From Octopus bimaculoides (Eukaryota), in assembly GCF_001194135.2 (NCBI RefSeq), contig NC_068999.1, positions 36,276,559 through 36,340,558 of the forward strand: a DNA stretch of 64,000 nt, in the 5' to 3' direction. A model generated the notes under the pieces. It ran no database searches and was not told where the DNA came from. It was given only the letters and a program-made list of their open reading frames with translations. Below, in pieces: positions 24,369 through 37,338 of the stretch. How positions within the stretch are numbered: the stretch's first letter is position 1; each line of letters opens with the position of its first letter. The position numbers and the translations under genes were made by a program.

Positions 24369-25467
24369 TGTGTGTGTGTNNNNNNNNNNNNNNNNNNNNN
24401 NNNNNNNNNNNNNNNNNNNNNNNNNNNNNNNNNNNNNNNNNNNNNNNNNNNNNNNNNNNNNNNNNNNNNNNNNNNNNNNNNNNNNNNNNNNNNNNNNNNN
24501 NNNNNNNNNNNNNNNNNNNNNNNNNNNNNNNNNNNNNNNNNNNNNNNNNNNNNNNNNNNNNNNNNNNNNNNNNNNNNNNNNNNNNNNNNNNNNNNNNNNN
24601 NNNNNNNNNNNNNNNNNNNNNNNNNNNNNNNNNNNNNNNNNNNNNNNNNNNNNNNNNNNNNNNNNNNNNNNNNNNNNNNNNNNNNNNNNNNNNNNNNNNN
24701 NNNNNNNNNNNNNNNNNNNNNNNNNNNNNNNNNNNNNNNNNNNNNNNNNNNNNNNNNNNNNNNNNNNNNNNNNNNNNNNNNNNNNNNNNNNNNNNNNNNN
24801 NNATATCGATAAGCACACATACACAGACGTTTAAGTGATGTTCCGTGTCTATATGATATCTAGTTAATAAAAACATGTAATATATAAAAAGTGAGTGATA
24901 ATAAAACAAAAGAATAATATAAAGGATGATTAATGGTGTCCTTACTTAATTACGGTCAATAATTAATTAACTCTAGTTAATATCCTCCATTCTTCCCAAA
25001 GTACAAAGTAATATAGTGAGAATAATCATATAACATATTACTATTTTAGTAAAGTATCGAACGATGGTGATTGTGTTAGTCTTGTGTATATATGTATGTG
25101 TAAATTTGTATGTATATGTATGTTGGAATTTATATGTATGTACGTGTGGTTTTATATGTGGTTTTATATATTTGTCTGACTCGATACGTATATGTATGTG
25201 TGTCTTTTTATGTGAACTTTGGAAGTATTGGATGTTTGGCGGTGTGCACGTGCGCTTCTGTGTGTATAAGTGCCTGTACAAGTTTGTGAATCTATATAAA
25301 TATTATATTTGCCTGCTGATGTATATATGTGCTTATATATGCATATATGTGTTTATACGTGCATATTTGAATATCCGTGCATATTTGAATATGCGTATGT
25401 GTGACTGCAGTCTTTTGTTTGTTTCTATATTTGTATACAAAAGTTTGGGTGTATGTGTTTTTGAATA

Positions 25468-26783
25468 TGAGGGTGGGCTGAAATGTTCATAGGCTGACTA
25501 TGAAGGAGCAATGCTAGAGCTGTGAAATCTTTCATGCATTAATTTCAACCCTTCTTTTTAGTGACTGCGTTTTTTTTTTTTTTTTTGGTTCCAAGTAAAC
25601 TGATATTTGGTAGATCCAAGAAGGCTTCAAAAGTAACTAGTATGGATTTCTCTTGTAAACAGACGAAATTTGTCAAATTGATATTATCAAGAACCTGAAG
25701 ACAAAGGGTTTAGCCCCCAAGGACATCCATGCCGTCATGGTTGCTATATTAGAGGATGATGCTCCAGCTTTATCAATAGTGCATAAAGTGTATAGTTGAA
25801 TTTAGGAAGGCCTTGTTAGAATCTTGAAGATGACCCTGGATTTGGACATCTTGCAACTGCCACCACCGAGGAAAAGATTGATCCTGTTCACCACGTAGTG
25901 ATGGTTATCAGACGATTGCCTATAAATCAAATAGCCACTTCTATTAGCACATCGCGTGAGAGAATTGAGAATATTCTGCTGAATGGAATTGAAATTACGA
26001 AGGCTTCTGTTCGGTGGGTGTCATGTCATCTGACACCTAATCAAAAGCGCACTGAACTGATCATATCACGGGAAAATCTGACATTGTTTCAAGTCGATTC
26101 CGCTGGTTTCCTAGAAAGTGTTCAAATCTGGATGAGCGTTGGGTTCATCCCTTTCAGTCAGGGACAAAGAGAAGATCCATGCAGTGGAAATACCCTCTCC
26201 TTACCTGCTCCAAAAAGGCCAAGGTCGTATCATCTGCAGGGAAAGTGATGGCCCCAGATTTTTAGGATGTAAAAGGCATTGTATTTATTGACTATCTTCA
26301 AGAGGGCCACACCATCAATGAGGAGTACAATGACAACATGCTGAGGCAGTTTCGAAAAGATATCAAGACCAACCTCCCAGGAAAACTGACGAAAAAGGTC
26401 CTGTTTCTTTTTACCAGGACAATGCTCCAGCACACAAGTCCTTGGTTTCAATACCCGATGTGCGCGACTGTGGCTTTGAACTTGTTGATCACCCTCCTAT
26501 TTGCAGAGTTGGTCCCATCAGAATATCATGTGTTTCCCAATATGAAACAGAACACTAGGCTGAGAACCAGAAGTATCGCAGGGATGATGACGTCATATCT
26601 GCAGTTGAAGACTTTTTTTTACCAAGATGTTAAAAGCCTCTTCACCAATGGGATTAACGCAGAGCAACACCGGTAGAAGGAGTGTGTTAACCGAAGGAAG
26701 GACTATGTTAAAAAATAAACTTCACCTGATCGCATTTGATGAGAGTGTTTTGGTAAGCCTATGAACTTCTCAGCCGACCCTTG
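25468..26783 (+). mobile_element. Full-length inactivated mariner (DD34D) transposon, about 1316 bp
   Basis: Left TIR TGAGGGTGGGCTGAAATGTTCATAGGCT and right TIR (reverse) CAAGGGTCGGCTGAGAAGTTCATAGGCT, flanked by TA at 25466-67 and 26784-85; transposase remnants RWVSCHLT (WVPHEL-like), DERWVH, GIVFIDYL, QDNAPAH, PSEYHVFPNMK with stops and frameshifts. Confidence 0.93.
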
Positions 26784-26984
26784 TATGAACCATTGTGCAA
26801 AGTTGTGCGTACACATGCCTATGTATATTTCTTTAAAGCTATGCATATGGGCATGTGTAATTAAATGTCTGTATACATGTGTCTATGTGCATGATGATTT
26901 ATATCTATCTACCAATCTATCTATATATTTGTTTATTTATCTACCTATCTATAGGTACATACATACGTATATATATACATATAC

Positions 26985-27015
<31 letters not shown>

Positions 27016-27402
27016 TGTATGCATGAGTCACAATTTATGGTGTGTTTGTGTATTTCTACGTGTCAGTCTCTATGTCTATATATTACCAAATTTGTATGTG
27101 TATGCGTCAATGAGTAAGACTGTGAATAACATGTATGAATAATGTGTGTGAATCTATAGTTGTGTATGTCTGTGTGTATGTCTGTGTGTATGTATGTGCC
27201 TCGTGTGCATATGTTTTCTATAAACCAGAGTTTGTATGTGTAAGAGTGTGAAAGTATTTCTGTGTTAATCTTTGTGATTCTATGGGAATTAATCATGTAC
27301 AAGTTTGTGTATGTGAAACTGCGTGTACCGTGTATGTGTATCAATATGTCTAGATAAAAGTAGGCATTTATGCAGGCAGGCACATATATAGGCATGCATG
27401 TA

Positions 27403-27433
<31 letters not shown>

Positions 27434-28709
27434 NNNNNNNNNNNNNNNNNNNNNNNNNNNNNNNNNNNNNNNNNNNNNNNNNNNNNNNNNNNNNNNNNNN
27501 NNNNNNNNNNNNNNNNNNNNNNNNNNNNNNNNNNNNNNNNNNNNNNNNNNNNNNNNNNNNNNNNNNNNNNNNNNNNNNNNNNNNNNNNNNNNNNNNNNNN
27601 NNNNNNNNNNNNNNNNNNNNNNNNNNNNNNNNNNNNNNNNNNNNNNNNNNNNNNNNNNNNNNNNNNNNNNNNNNNNNNNNNNNNNNNNNNNNNNNNNNNN
27701 NNNNNNNNNNNNNNNNNNNNNNNNNNNNNNNNNNNNNNNNNNNNNNNNNNNNNNNNNNNNNNNNNNNNNNNNNNNNNNNNNNNNNNNNNNNNNNNNNNNN
27801 NNNNNNNNNNNNNNNNNNNNNNNNNNNNNNNNNNNNNNNNNNNNNNNNNNNNNNNNNNNNNNNNNNNNNNNNNNNNNTATATATATATATATATATATGT
27901 CTTTATGTATATATGCTGGTATACATATATGAATATATAAGTTTGTATAAATGTATGCGTATATGTATGCCTGTATGTATGCATGTATGCGTTGATATGT
28001 ATGCTAGTACGTGTGTTTATATGCATTTATGTATGGCCAACGATGGAGATTCCTTGTCTTCGTTTATTCGTCTCACTATTTTCCACACAATTAACCCTGT
28101 AATAAACCTCCTTCACTATCATTCAGCCAAAATCATGTGGAGTTGAGGTCTTCACAAAAATACATTACAAAATAATTTTATATCAATTTTTTTATTAAGA
28201 TTGATAGATGATAACGGATATGTTATATTTTTAACGTATGTTGTTGTTCGTATTTGATTGTTTGTTATTGTTGTTATTTTTTAATATTTTAAGGGAAATA
28301 AAATATTCAAAAACAAATCGATCTATTTTTATTGAGGTTATTTATTTATTTGTTTATTTGGTAATGGAGTAGAAAATAAGGGAATTTTATTTTACGTCTG
28401 TCTCTTCCTGACGAGGAACACACACACAAACACAAGAACATATACAACCACATACACATACACACACCAAATAACTATCGCACACATATATACATATGCA
28501 TACAAATACATAGACAAAAAGAGACCGTGGGAGACAGAGGGAGATAGACAGAGACAGGGAGACAGAGGCAGTGAGAGAGAATAAGCGAACACATAAAACA
28601 AACACACGCATGCGTACACAGACACAAATACACATTTGTATTTGTGTATGGACGTGAACATGTGTGTTTGTTTGCGTGTGTGTATGCATACATATATACA
28701 CACACACAC

Positions 28710-28767
<58 letters not shown>

Positions 28768-28892
28768 CGTAGTGTCGAGTTCCATCATATAAGTTACTCT
28801 GCTTTATGTACGTCGTTGATGTTGGCATAAACTGGATATGTTATAGAAAAATTGTTACTTATTACAAAATACATACATACATACATGCATGC

Positions 28893-28968
<76 letters not shown>

Positions 28969-29994
28969 NNNNNNNNNNNNNNNNNNNNNNNNNNNNNNNN
29001 NNNNNNNNNNNNNNNNNNNNNNNNNNNNNNNNNNNNNNNNNNNNNNNNNNNNNNNNNNNNNNNNNNNNNNNNNNNNNNNNNNNNNNNNNNNNNNNNNNNN
29101 NNNNNNNNNNNNNNNNNNNNNNNNNNNNNNNNNNNNNNNNNNNNNNNNNNNNNNNNNNNNNNNNNNNNNNNNNNNNNNNNNNNNNNNNNNNNNNNNNNNN
29201 NNNNNNNNNNNNNNNNNNNNNNNNNNNNNNNNNNNNNNNNNNNNNNNNNNNNNNNNNNNNNNNNNNNNNNNNNNNNNNNNNNNNNNNNNNNNNNNNNNNN
29301 NNNNNNNNNNNNNNNNNNNNNNNNNNNNNNNNNNNNNNNNNNNNNNNNNNNNNNNNNNNNNNNNNNNNNNNNNNNNNNNNNNNNNNNNNNNNNNNNNNNN
29401 NNNNNNNNNNNNNNNNNNNNNNNNNNNNNNNNNNNNNNNNNNNNNNNNNNNNNNNNNNNNNNNNNNNNNNNNNNNNNNNNNNNNNNNNNNNNNNNNNNNN
29501 NNNNNNNNNNNNNNNNNNNNNNNNNNNNNNNNNNNNNNNNNNNNNNNNNNNNNNNNNNNNNNNNNNNNNNNNNNNNNNNNNNNNNNNNNNNNNNNNNNNN
29601 NNNNNNNNNNNNNNNNNNNNNNNNNNNNNNNNNNNNNNNNNNNNNNNNNNNNNNNNNNNNNNNNNNNNNNNNNNNNNNNNNNNNNNNNNNNNNNNNNNNN
29701 NNNNNNNNNNNNNNNNNNNNNNNNNNNNNNNNNNNNNNNNNNNNNNNNNNNNNNNNNNNNNNNNNNNNNNNNNNNNNNNNNNNNNNNNNNNNNNNNNNNN
29801 NNNNNNNNNNNNNNNNNNNNNNNNNNNNNNNNNNNNNNNNNNNNNNNNNNNNNNNNNNNNNNNNNNNNNNNNNNNNNNNNNNNNNNNNNNNNNNNNNNNN
29901 NNNNNNNNNNNNNNNNNNNNNNNNNNNNNNNNNNNNNNNNNNNNNNNNNNNNNNNNNNNNNNNNNTATATATATATATATGAGCTGAAGTGAAT

Positions 29995-30565
29995 CAAACT
30001 AGTTTCAGCTGACGAGCTGTGGCTATGCTGGGGCACCGCCATTTGGTGTTGCTACATGATTTTTACTTCATTAATTCTTTTTAAGATTTGACTGTTGGTG
30101 CATGAGGGAGTTTGACGCCTCTGCTTGATTTGCACTTACTACTGCGAAGTTGATTCATCTGGGGCTCTTGACAGTAAGAGATCTAGATTTGTTTTGAAGA
30201 CATCTACATCCTCCCCATGTAGGTCTCTTAGGCCCTTCGAGAGGATATTGAAGAGCTGTGGACCTTTAAATCTCAGGCTATTACAATATTTTCTTCTATA
30301 TTTAAATGATGTTTGGGGTCTTTGTCACTATGCAATGGCGCTTTGTTCTAGCGTTAGTGTAACACCCACTACCAAAGTTTGGGACAAATCTCTACAGGAT
30401 CTTCCAGATGCATATTACAGCATATCTTCTCCGCCTATGTTCCAGGGAATAGAATTTCAATCTCTTGAGCATTTTTCCAGCAGCCTATATGCTGCATGGA
30501 TGCTATCTTCTTCATGTAGGTTCGTTGGATTGCCACAAGTTCTGCAATTAATTTTACACTGGTTA
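29995..30565 (-). mobile_element. CR1-like LINE 3' end
   Basis: Minus translation YCNSLRFKGPQLFNIL..LRDLHG.DVDVFK..LDLLLSR.PDE plus tail ATGTAGCAACACCAAATGGCGGTGCCCCAGCATAGCCACAGC; homologous to 34350-35270. Confidence 0.85.
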
Positions 30566-30650
30566 TATATAAATATGATTGTGTGCATTTAGAAAGAATA
30601 ATTACTTTGTACATGCAAGCATATATTCTTATGTACTCTAGCACCAGATC

Positions 30651-30840
30651 CTGATTTTTTGGGGAGGGACCTGTCGATTAGATCGACCCCAGTAAGCAAC
30701 TGGTACTTAATTAATCGACCCCGAAAGGATGAAATGCAAAGTCAACCTCGACAGAATTTGAACTCAGAACGTGAAGACAGACAAAATACCGCTAAGCATT
30801 TCGCGCGGCGTGCTAACGTTTCTGGTAGCTCACCGCCTTA
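30651..30840 (-). mobile_element. SINE family A, near full length
   Basis: Reverse complement aligns along its length with 45369-45576. Confidence 0.9.
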
Positions 30841-30863
30841 CATGCAAGTGTATATTGATACAC

Positions 30864-30895
<32 letters not shown>

Positions 30896-31399
30896 ATGTG
30901 TGTGTGGGGGGGGGTATTAATCAATTTTATTTGAAGATTACTCGCCAATAGAGTGAGTGCCGGTTTCTGACTGAGATCCAAGGCTCCTTCATTAGAATTT
31001 CAACAAGATCAACGGGGTGATTTTGTATGTATGTGTGTGTATGTGCAGTAGAGTAACTGTAGATATTTCAATAGTTCACTGTAGGTATTTTGTTTCTTTT
31101 ATCTTTAGGTTTATGTTAACATCCGCTGGGCAATGTATGTATATATGCATGTAAGTATGTATGTATGTATGTATGTACGTATGTTTGTATGCATGCATGT
31201 ATGTACGTATGTTTGTATGCATTCATGCATGTATGTATATATGTATGTATGTATGTTTGTATGCATGTAGGCAAGTATGTGTGTATTATATATGCATGTA
31301 TGTGCGCACGTGTATAAACGATAAAAAAACGATAAAGAGCCTTCCCGAGTCATATAATCTCATAGCGCCGGCGCCGCGTTTTCCTTGGTACATAAACTT

Positions 31400-31570
31400 T
31401 CTACAGGAAACTGTCTGTTGTAGGGTTACTCATTTTTTCCACCTGATTAGACAGCAGCATGAAGTGGAACACTTTGCTCAAGAACACAATGCGTTGCCCA
31501 GTCCAGGATTCGAAACCACAATCTTGCGATCAAGAAATCATGTATCCAATACCTTGAACAATAAACTACT
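31400..31570 (-). mobile_element. tRNA-headed SINE 5' part
   Basis: ACTTTGCTCAAGAACAC core and CAGGATTCGAAACC (reverse B box) as in families C and D. Confidence 0.6.
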
Positions 31571-31571
31571 C

Positions 31572-31615
<44 letters not shown>

Positions 31616-33199
31616 NNNNNNNNNNNNNNNNNNNNNNNNNNNNNNNNNNNNNNNNNNNNNNNNNNNNNNNNNNNNNNNNNNNNNNNNNNNNNNNNNNNNN
31701 NNNNNNNNNNNNNNNNNNNNNNNNNNNNNNNNNNNNNNNNNNNNNNNNNNNNNNNNNNNNNNNNNNNNNNNNNNNNNNNNNNNNNNNNNNNNNNNNNNNN
31801 NNNNNNNNNNNNNNNNNNNNNNNNNNNNNNNNNNNNNNNNNNNNNNNNNNNNNNNNNNNNNNNNNNNNNNNNNNNNNNNNNNNNNNNNNNNNNNNNNNNN
31901 NNNNNNNNNNNNNNNNNNNNNNNNNNNNNNNNNNNNNNNNNNNNNNNNNNNNNNNNNNNNNNNNNNNNNNNNNNNNNNNNNNNNNNNNNNNNNNNNNNNN
32001 NNNNNNNNNNNNNNNNNNNNNNNNNNNNNNNNNNNNNNNNNNNNNNNNNNNNNNNNNNNNNNNNNNNNNNNNNNNNNNNNNNNNNNNNNNNNNNNNNNNN
32101 NNNNNNNNNNNNNNNNNNNNNNNNNNNNNNNNNNNNNNNNATATATATATATATATATATATAGTTTAATAACATTTTGATTCAAGTTCGTAAACTCGCC
32201 AAACGAACCTAACTCGTCAGGTTGAAATCTATGTTGTGAGGCTCGTAGAAACCGAAATTCATAAGCTCATTTGACCACAGAAAGACAAAATAGAATCACC
32301 AGAACTAGAGGAGTCACATGTCACAGCGATTCACACATGAGGTCGGAAAATGTGTTACGAGAGATTTTGACAAACGCATAAACTAAAACAATACGAATTA
32401 AAGAGAAGATCAAATAAATGGAGCTTGTGTTTAATTGGCAAAAAATTTTTTAAAAACGGGTAACCATCCCCAAGTATAACAACATATATGTTTATGTGTG
32501 TGTGTATATATATATATATGATTATATGCTACTACTTGTATGCACACACACACACATATGTGCATGAATATATTTATAACAGCATATCCACACCTATACA
32601 TGTTCAAGTATGCATTTGTGAATGCAGAAACAGCTTAGTGAGTTCGTGTAATGACTTGTACTTGGGAATTTAATAATAATGTTTTTAAATTTCTTCTTTG
32701 TTTTAATTAATTATCACCTAATGGAATTGAATGCATCACATTTACTAATTAAACAATAGTCGCAATTAAATATAATTCAATTATCGGCCAAGTCAGTGTC
32801 TTCGTGTGGAATTCCTTTAATACAGCACATTTTCAGGGGGGAATTTTTTTTTGTGTGTTTTTCTCTTTCGTATTTCATTGTTATTTTGTCTCTACGTTCT
32901 GCGTTCAGATGCTGTGTTTGACGGCTTTATATTTGTTTTTCACGGTTCGATCCAATCACTATTGCTTATTCCTCACTCAAAATAACCGGCTGGTTTTGTG
33001 CCTAAGCTAGCAATAACAATGGTGATAGTTTGGCTGAATCGATAGAGCGTCGGGCATTCTGCACTGTGATGTTTAATTACATCTTTTCAAGATCTGAGTT
33101 CGAACTTCACCATTTTCAGCTCAGCTTTTCATCCTTTTGGAGTCAATAAAGTAAAGTATCAATGATCATTTATGCGTGTATTACTGAAATACGGTGGTA

Positions 33200-33415
33200 T
33201 TTTATTTTTCTTTACTTGTTTCAGTCATTGGCCTACGGTCATGCTGGGCCACCGCCTTGGAGGGCTTTAGTCGAAACAGATCGACCCCACTACTTTTTTT
33301 TTTTAAGCTGGCTGTTATTCTATCGGGTCCTTTATCTAACTGCTATGTTACAGGAACACATGCAAACCAACACCAGTTGTCAAGCGGGACGTGGACAAAT
33401 ACACGCACACAGGTA
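33200..33415 (-). mobile_element. SINE family B, 3' half
   Basis: TTTACTTGTTTCAGTCATTGG..ATGCTGGGCCACCGCC reverse tail. Confidence 0.85.
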
Positions 33416-34349
33416 TATATATNNNNNNNNNNNNNNNNNNNNNNNNNNNNNNNNNNNNNNNNNNNNNNNNNNNNNNNNNNNNNNNNNNNNNNNNNNNNNN
33501 NNNNNNNNNNNNNNNNNNNNNNNNNNNNNNNNNNNNNNNNNNNNNNNNNNNNNNNNNNNNNNNNNNNNNNNNNNNNNNNNNNNNNNNNNNNNNNNNNNNN
33601 NNNNNNNNNNNNNNNNNNNNNNNNNNNNNNNNNNNNNNNNNNNNNNNNNNNNNNNNNNNNNNNNNNNNNNNNNNNNNNNNNNNNNNNNNNNNNNNNNNNN
33701 NNNNNNNNNNNNNNNNNNNNNNNNNNNNNNNNAGTCTTAGTCGATCAAATATGATATGCATTACTATGCACAATTTGGGAATTTACCAAATCATCCAAAA
33801 CGAACGTAAGCTGATTAAACAATATATAATTCTGAAATCTTTTGTGTTTTGCTGCACTTACATAGTTAATAACAGTGATCAAGTATTCACGTTCATATCT
33901 TATATGCAAATGTTGCCATAAAGATGTGCACGTTTATTGTGCGTTCATATTTATGCATGAGTATATATATATTTATGCATGAGTATATATATATATATTT
34001 GTATGTATGTATATATGTATGTATAAATACATATGTATGTGTATATATATACATACATACATACATACATACATACATACATACAACCAAATTTACGGAA
34101 TGGAATAAGTAAAATTCAGGATGTATATGTTTCCTAGCCAGCAGATTCTCTGATGTAATAATTACTCAACGAGGGGTGTATTCAACTGGCTACACATAAC
34201 GCCAAAGATAACTTAGTTATATGAAGGATACAAGTTGTTAGCCGTGAACAAGAAAAAAATCTTTTTCAGCTCATAGAACTTCGCTATGAAAAAATACTAC
34301 AACCTTCTCTAATAAATGATTACTGTCCCTAAACAGAAAATACAGAATC

Positions 34350-35270
34350 CAGCGTTGTTGCACATCCGTAGCAGGAGTTGGACTCAATTTACAGATGTGC
34401 TAAGGATACTAATATGCAATTTAATACTGAAAAATTCCGTATCCTGCGCTACCAGCGTCCAAAAATGAATATGAAACTTACAGGGTACACTGGTCCACAG
34501 GGAATTACAATCCCAGAGCCTAAAACAGTGAGGGAGCTGGGTATTGACATGATTATCCCTCTTTCCAAGTGCACATTCCCATGATGGCGACAAAGCGCAG
34601 ATGACTGGCTGGCTGGATCCTGAGAACATTCGGAACGAGAGATAAGGAAACCATGATGATCCTATGGAGGACATTCGTCTTCAGCCGCCTGAATTACTGC
34701 TCCCAGCTATGTTCACCCAACAGCGTAAAATTTACAGCGGACCCTGAAGCAATCCAGCGAATCTTCAGAAAGAAGTGCCTCTCTTTGTAACATCTCAGCT
34801 ACTGGGAAAGGCTGAAACAGCTAAAACTCTACTCCGTGGAGCGAAGGATGGAGAGGTATGCAGTAATGTACATCTGGAAGATCCTGGAAGGAATTGGGCC
34901 TATTTTTGGCATTGACAGCTACACCAATGCCAGAATGGGTAAACACGGCATAATGCCAAAGATCCCAGCAATGCCATCGCGCTTCAGGACCAGTTACTTC
35001 AACAGCCTGGGTTTCCGGGGCCCACAAGTTTTAATATTCTCCTAAAGTGCCAGAGGTACCTGCACAAAGTAGGCGTATTTAAAATCAAGGCTGGACGTCT
35101 TCCTGTCGAGAATCCTAGATGAACCTACCTCACGGAAAGAGGTGCAACTAAGGGTAGCTACATCAATCTTCATTCTCCACCAAGTGCGACATATTATAGA
35201 GGGCTCTCAGTAATAACAATGTAGCAAAACGGCGGTGCTCCAGTATGGAAACAGCTCTGAGATGAAACCA
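34350..35270 (+). mobile_element. CR1-like LINE, 5'-truncated (RT C-terminal half and tail)
   Basis: Translations NMQFNTEKF, VRELGIDM, GWILRTF.TRD, SRLNYCSQL, HLSYWERLKQLKLYSVERRMERY, NSLGFRGPQ; decayed by stops and frameshifts. Confidence 0.9.
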
Positions 35271-35282
35271 CGAAAAAATATA

Positions 35283-35457
35283 TAGGCGAAGGAGTGGCTG
35301 TGTGGTACGTAGCTTGCTGACCAACAACATGGTTCCGGGTTCAGTCCCACTGCGTAGCACTTTGGGCAAGTGTCTTCTACTATAGCTTCGGTCCGACCAA
35401 AACTTTGTGAGTGGATTTGGCAGACGGAAACTGAAAGAAGCCCCTCGTATATAGATA

Positions 35458-35488
<31 letters not shown>

Positions 35489-35665
35489 CTGCGTTTGTGT
35501 GCATGTCCAATATCGCTGGTGTGTTTACGTCCTCGTAAACTAGCGGTTCGGCAAAAGAGACCGATAGAATAAGTATTAGGCTTACAAGGAATAAGACTCG
35601 GGGTCGATTTGCTCGACTAAATGCGGTGCTCCAGCATGGCCGCAGTTAAAAAGAATAAAAGAATG
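35283..35665 (+). mobile_element. SINE family B, full length with internal (TG)n
   Basis: GGCGAAGGAGTGGCTGTGTGGT head, GGTTCAGTCCC B box, internal microsatellite, tail GCGGTGCTCCAGCATGGCCGCAGT. Confidence 0.9.
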
Positions 35666-35717
35666 TATATATACAATATATAATATATATATATATAATA
35701 TATAAATAATATACATA

Positions 35718-35769
<52 letters not shown>

Positions 35770-35771
35770 AA

Positions 35772-37338
35772 TCTACTAGATATGTGGAAAATCGGTGTGT
35801 GTTTGTTTGTGGCGTTGTTAGCTAACTCCTCCTACATCGTTTTATTTATTTTGATGAAACTTGACACGTGAGTAGAACTCATGTCTGAAAACCTAGTGAC
35901 ATACTTGTTGAAAAATCCATAATACAGCCCCTGGAAGAGATCTTTATATCTACCTCATATAACTAATTTTTTAAAACACCCAAGGGAAATAACCCATAGC
36001 ACCTACACAATATTTTCTAAACATTCAAGAGAAATAACCCATAGCACTTGCATTTACAGTTGTTAATTTTTACCGAAGCTATCAATATTTGATTCTCGCG
36101 ATCAGCAGACCTAATTCTACATTTCACTACTGACAGTGTTCAACTGCTAAACCTTATTATTGCACTTCCGTGGTCCATGTACAAGTTCAATACCCATAAC
36201 TTCGACACTTCTGCATTTTTCCAGTTAAGATTTTTCGATGACACTACATAAATGTTTTACTCCAGAACGTATTTAATAAGTGTATCCCAATACAATGAAG
36301 TCATACTTAGAATTCTTAGAATGCTTAGAATGCTTAGAATGCTTAGAATTCTTAAAAAATGAAACCACACTTCCACACAACATTCAGTTGGGACACCCTG
36401 TATCACTAAAATTTATTTTACAAATCATGATATTTATTGCTTATTTACAGGTCATACAACATTTTCATGAAACTAATTGAACCATCGAATTTAGAAATAT
36501 TTTACAGGTTTCATTGTTTATGTTCGATTACTTTGAATATTGATTTTTGCGTGTTCAATTTCTAATTTTTGCAGACAATATCACTTTTATAATTTATTTG
36601 ACACGTGAGTAGAACTCATGTCTGGAAACCTCGTAACCTACTTATCGATAATTGGGCTCCTCCAATGGATCCTTCTATCTACTACGTATTACTAATATTT
36701 TATTTAAACAACCCAAGGGAAAGAACCCATACTACCTCCAGTTTCTAGCGAAGCGGTCAATATTTCATTCTTACGATAGGCCGAACTAATTCTGCATTTC
36801 ACTACTGCTAAACATTATTATTGCACTTCTTTGATTTGAATCTTAAACCTTAAAGACTTCATTCATACATTTCTATACATACATACTTTTTTGAATGCCC
36901 ATTACTCCGATAATTCTGAATTTTTACAGTTATACTTTTTTCCATGAGAGTAGATAATTTCTTTTTATTCCACAACGTATTTGTAGTGGCATCATGCAGG
37001 CATAGCGTGGATTCGATCCAAAGTTCACTTAACACTTCAACAGCGCTTTTCTCACGGTAAAACAAGAGATTTTTTGCGAATGACAGCAGTTATACATTTC
37101 CGAGGTGCCTTCGCTAAGCAGGATAATGTCTTTACCACTTGACACTTCTAACCTCTTCTAGACCACCAGGGGCTGGAATGGAGACTCCCTCCTCCAGCTG
37201 ACATCTTTTTCGTACTTTTTCGCGACGGGAAATACAACTTTTGTGGCCGTTATAACGAAATTACTTTCTTATATCAGAATAATAAGGCGCATTAATAGAA
37301 CATCTTTACCCCCGAGAATTACCTGGTACACCAGTTAG
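35772..37338 (+). mobile_element. Probable non-autonomous Helitron-like element
   Basis: Starts A|TCTACTAG followed by (GTTT)-rich and TTTTGATGAAACTTG motifs typical of animal non-autonomous Helitrons; ends CCCCGAGAATTACCTGGTACACCAGTTAG|T (degenerate hairpin plus CTAG-like end); internal duplication at 35861 and 36598. Confidence 0.5.
36306..36354. repeat. 9-bp minisatellite (CTTAGAAT[G/T]) x5.4
   Basis: Directly visible. Confidence 0.95.

Noticed and set aside
36987-37056. AG/GT-bounded exon-like segment
   Set aside because: No recognisable peptide; it lies inside the putative Helitron.
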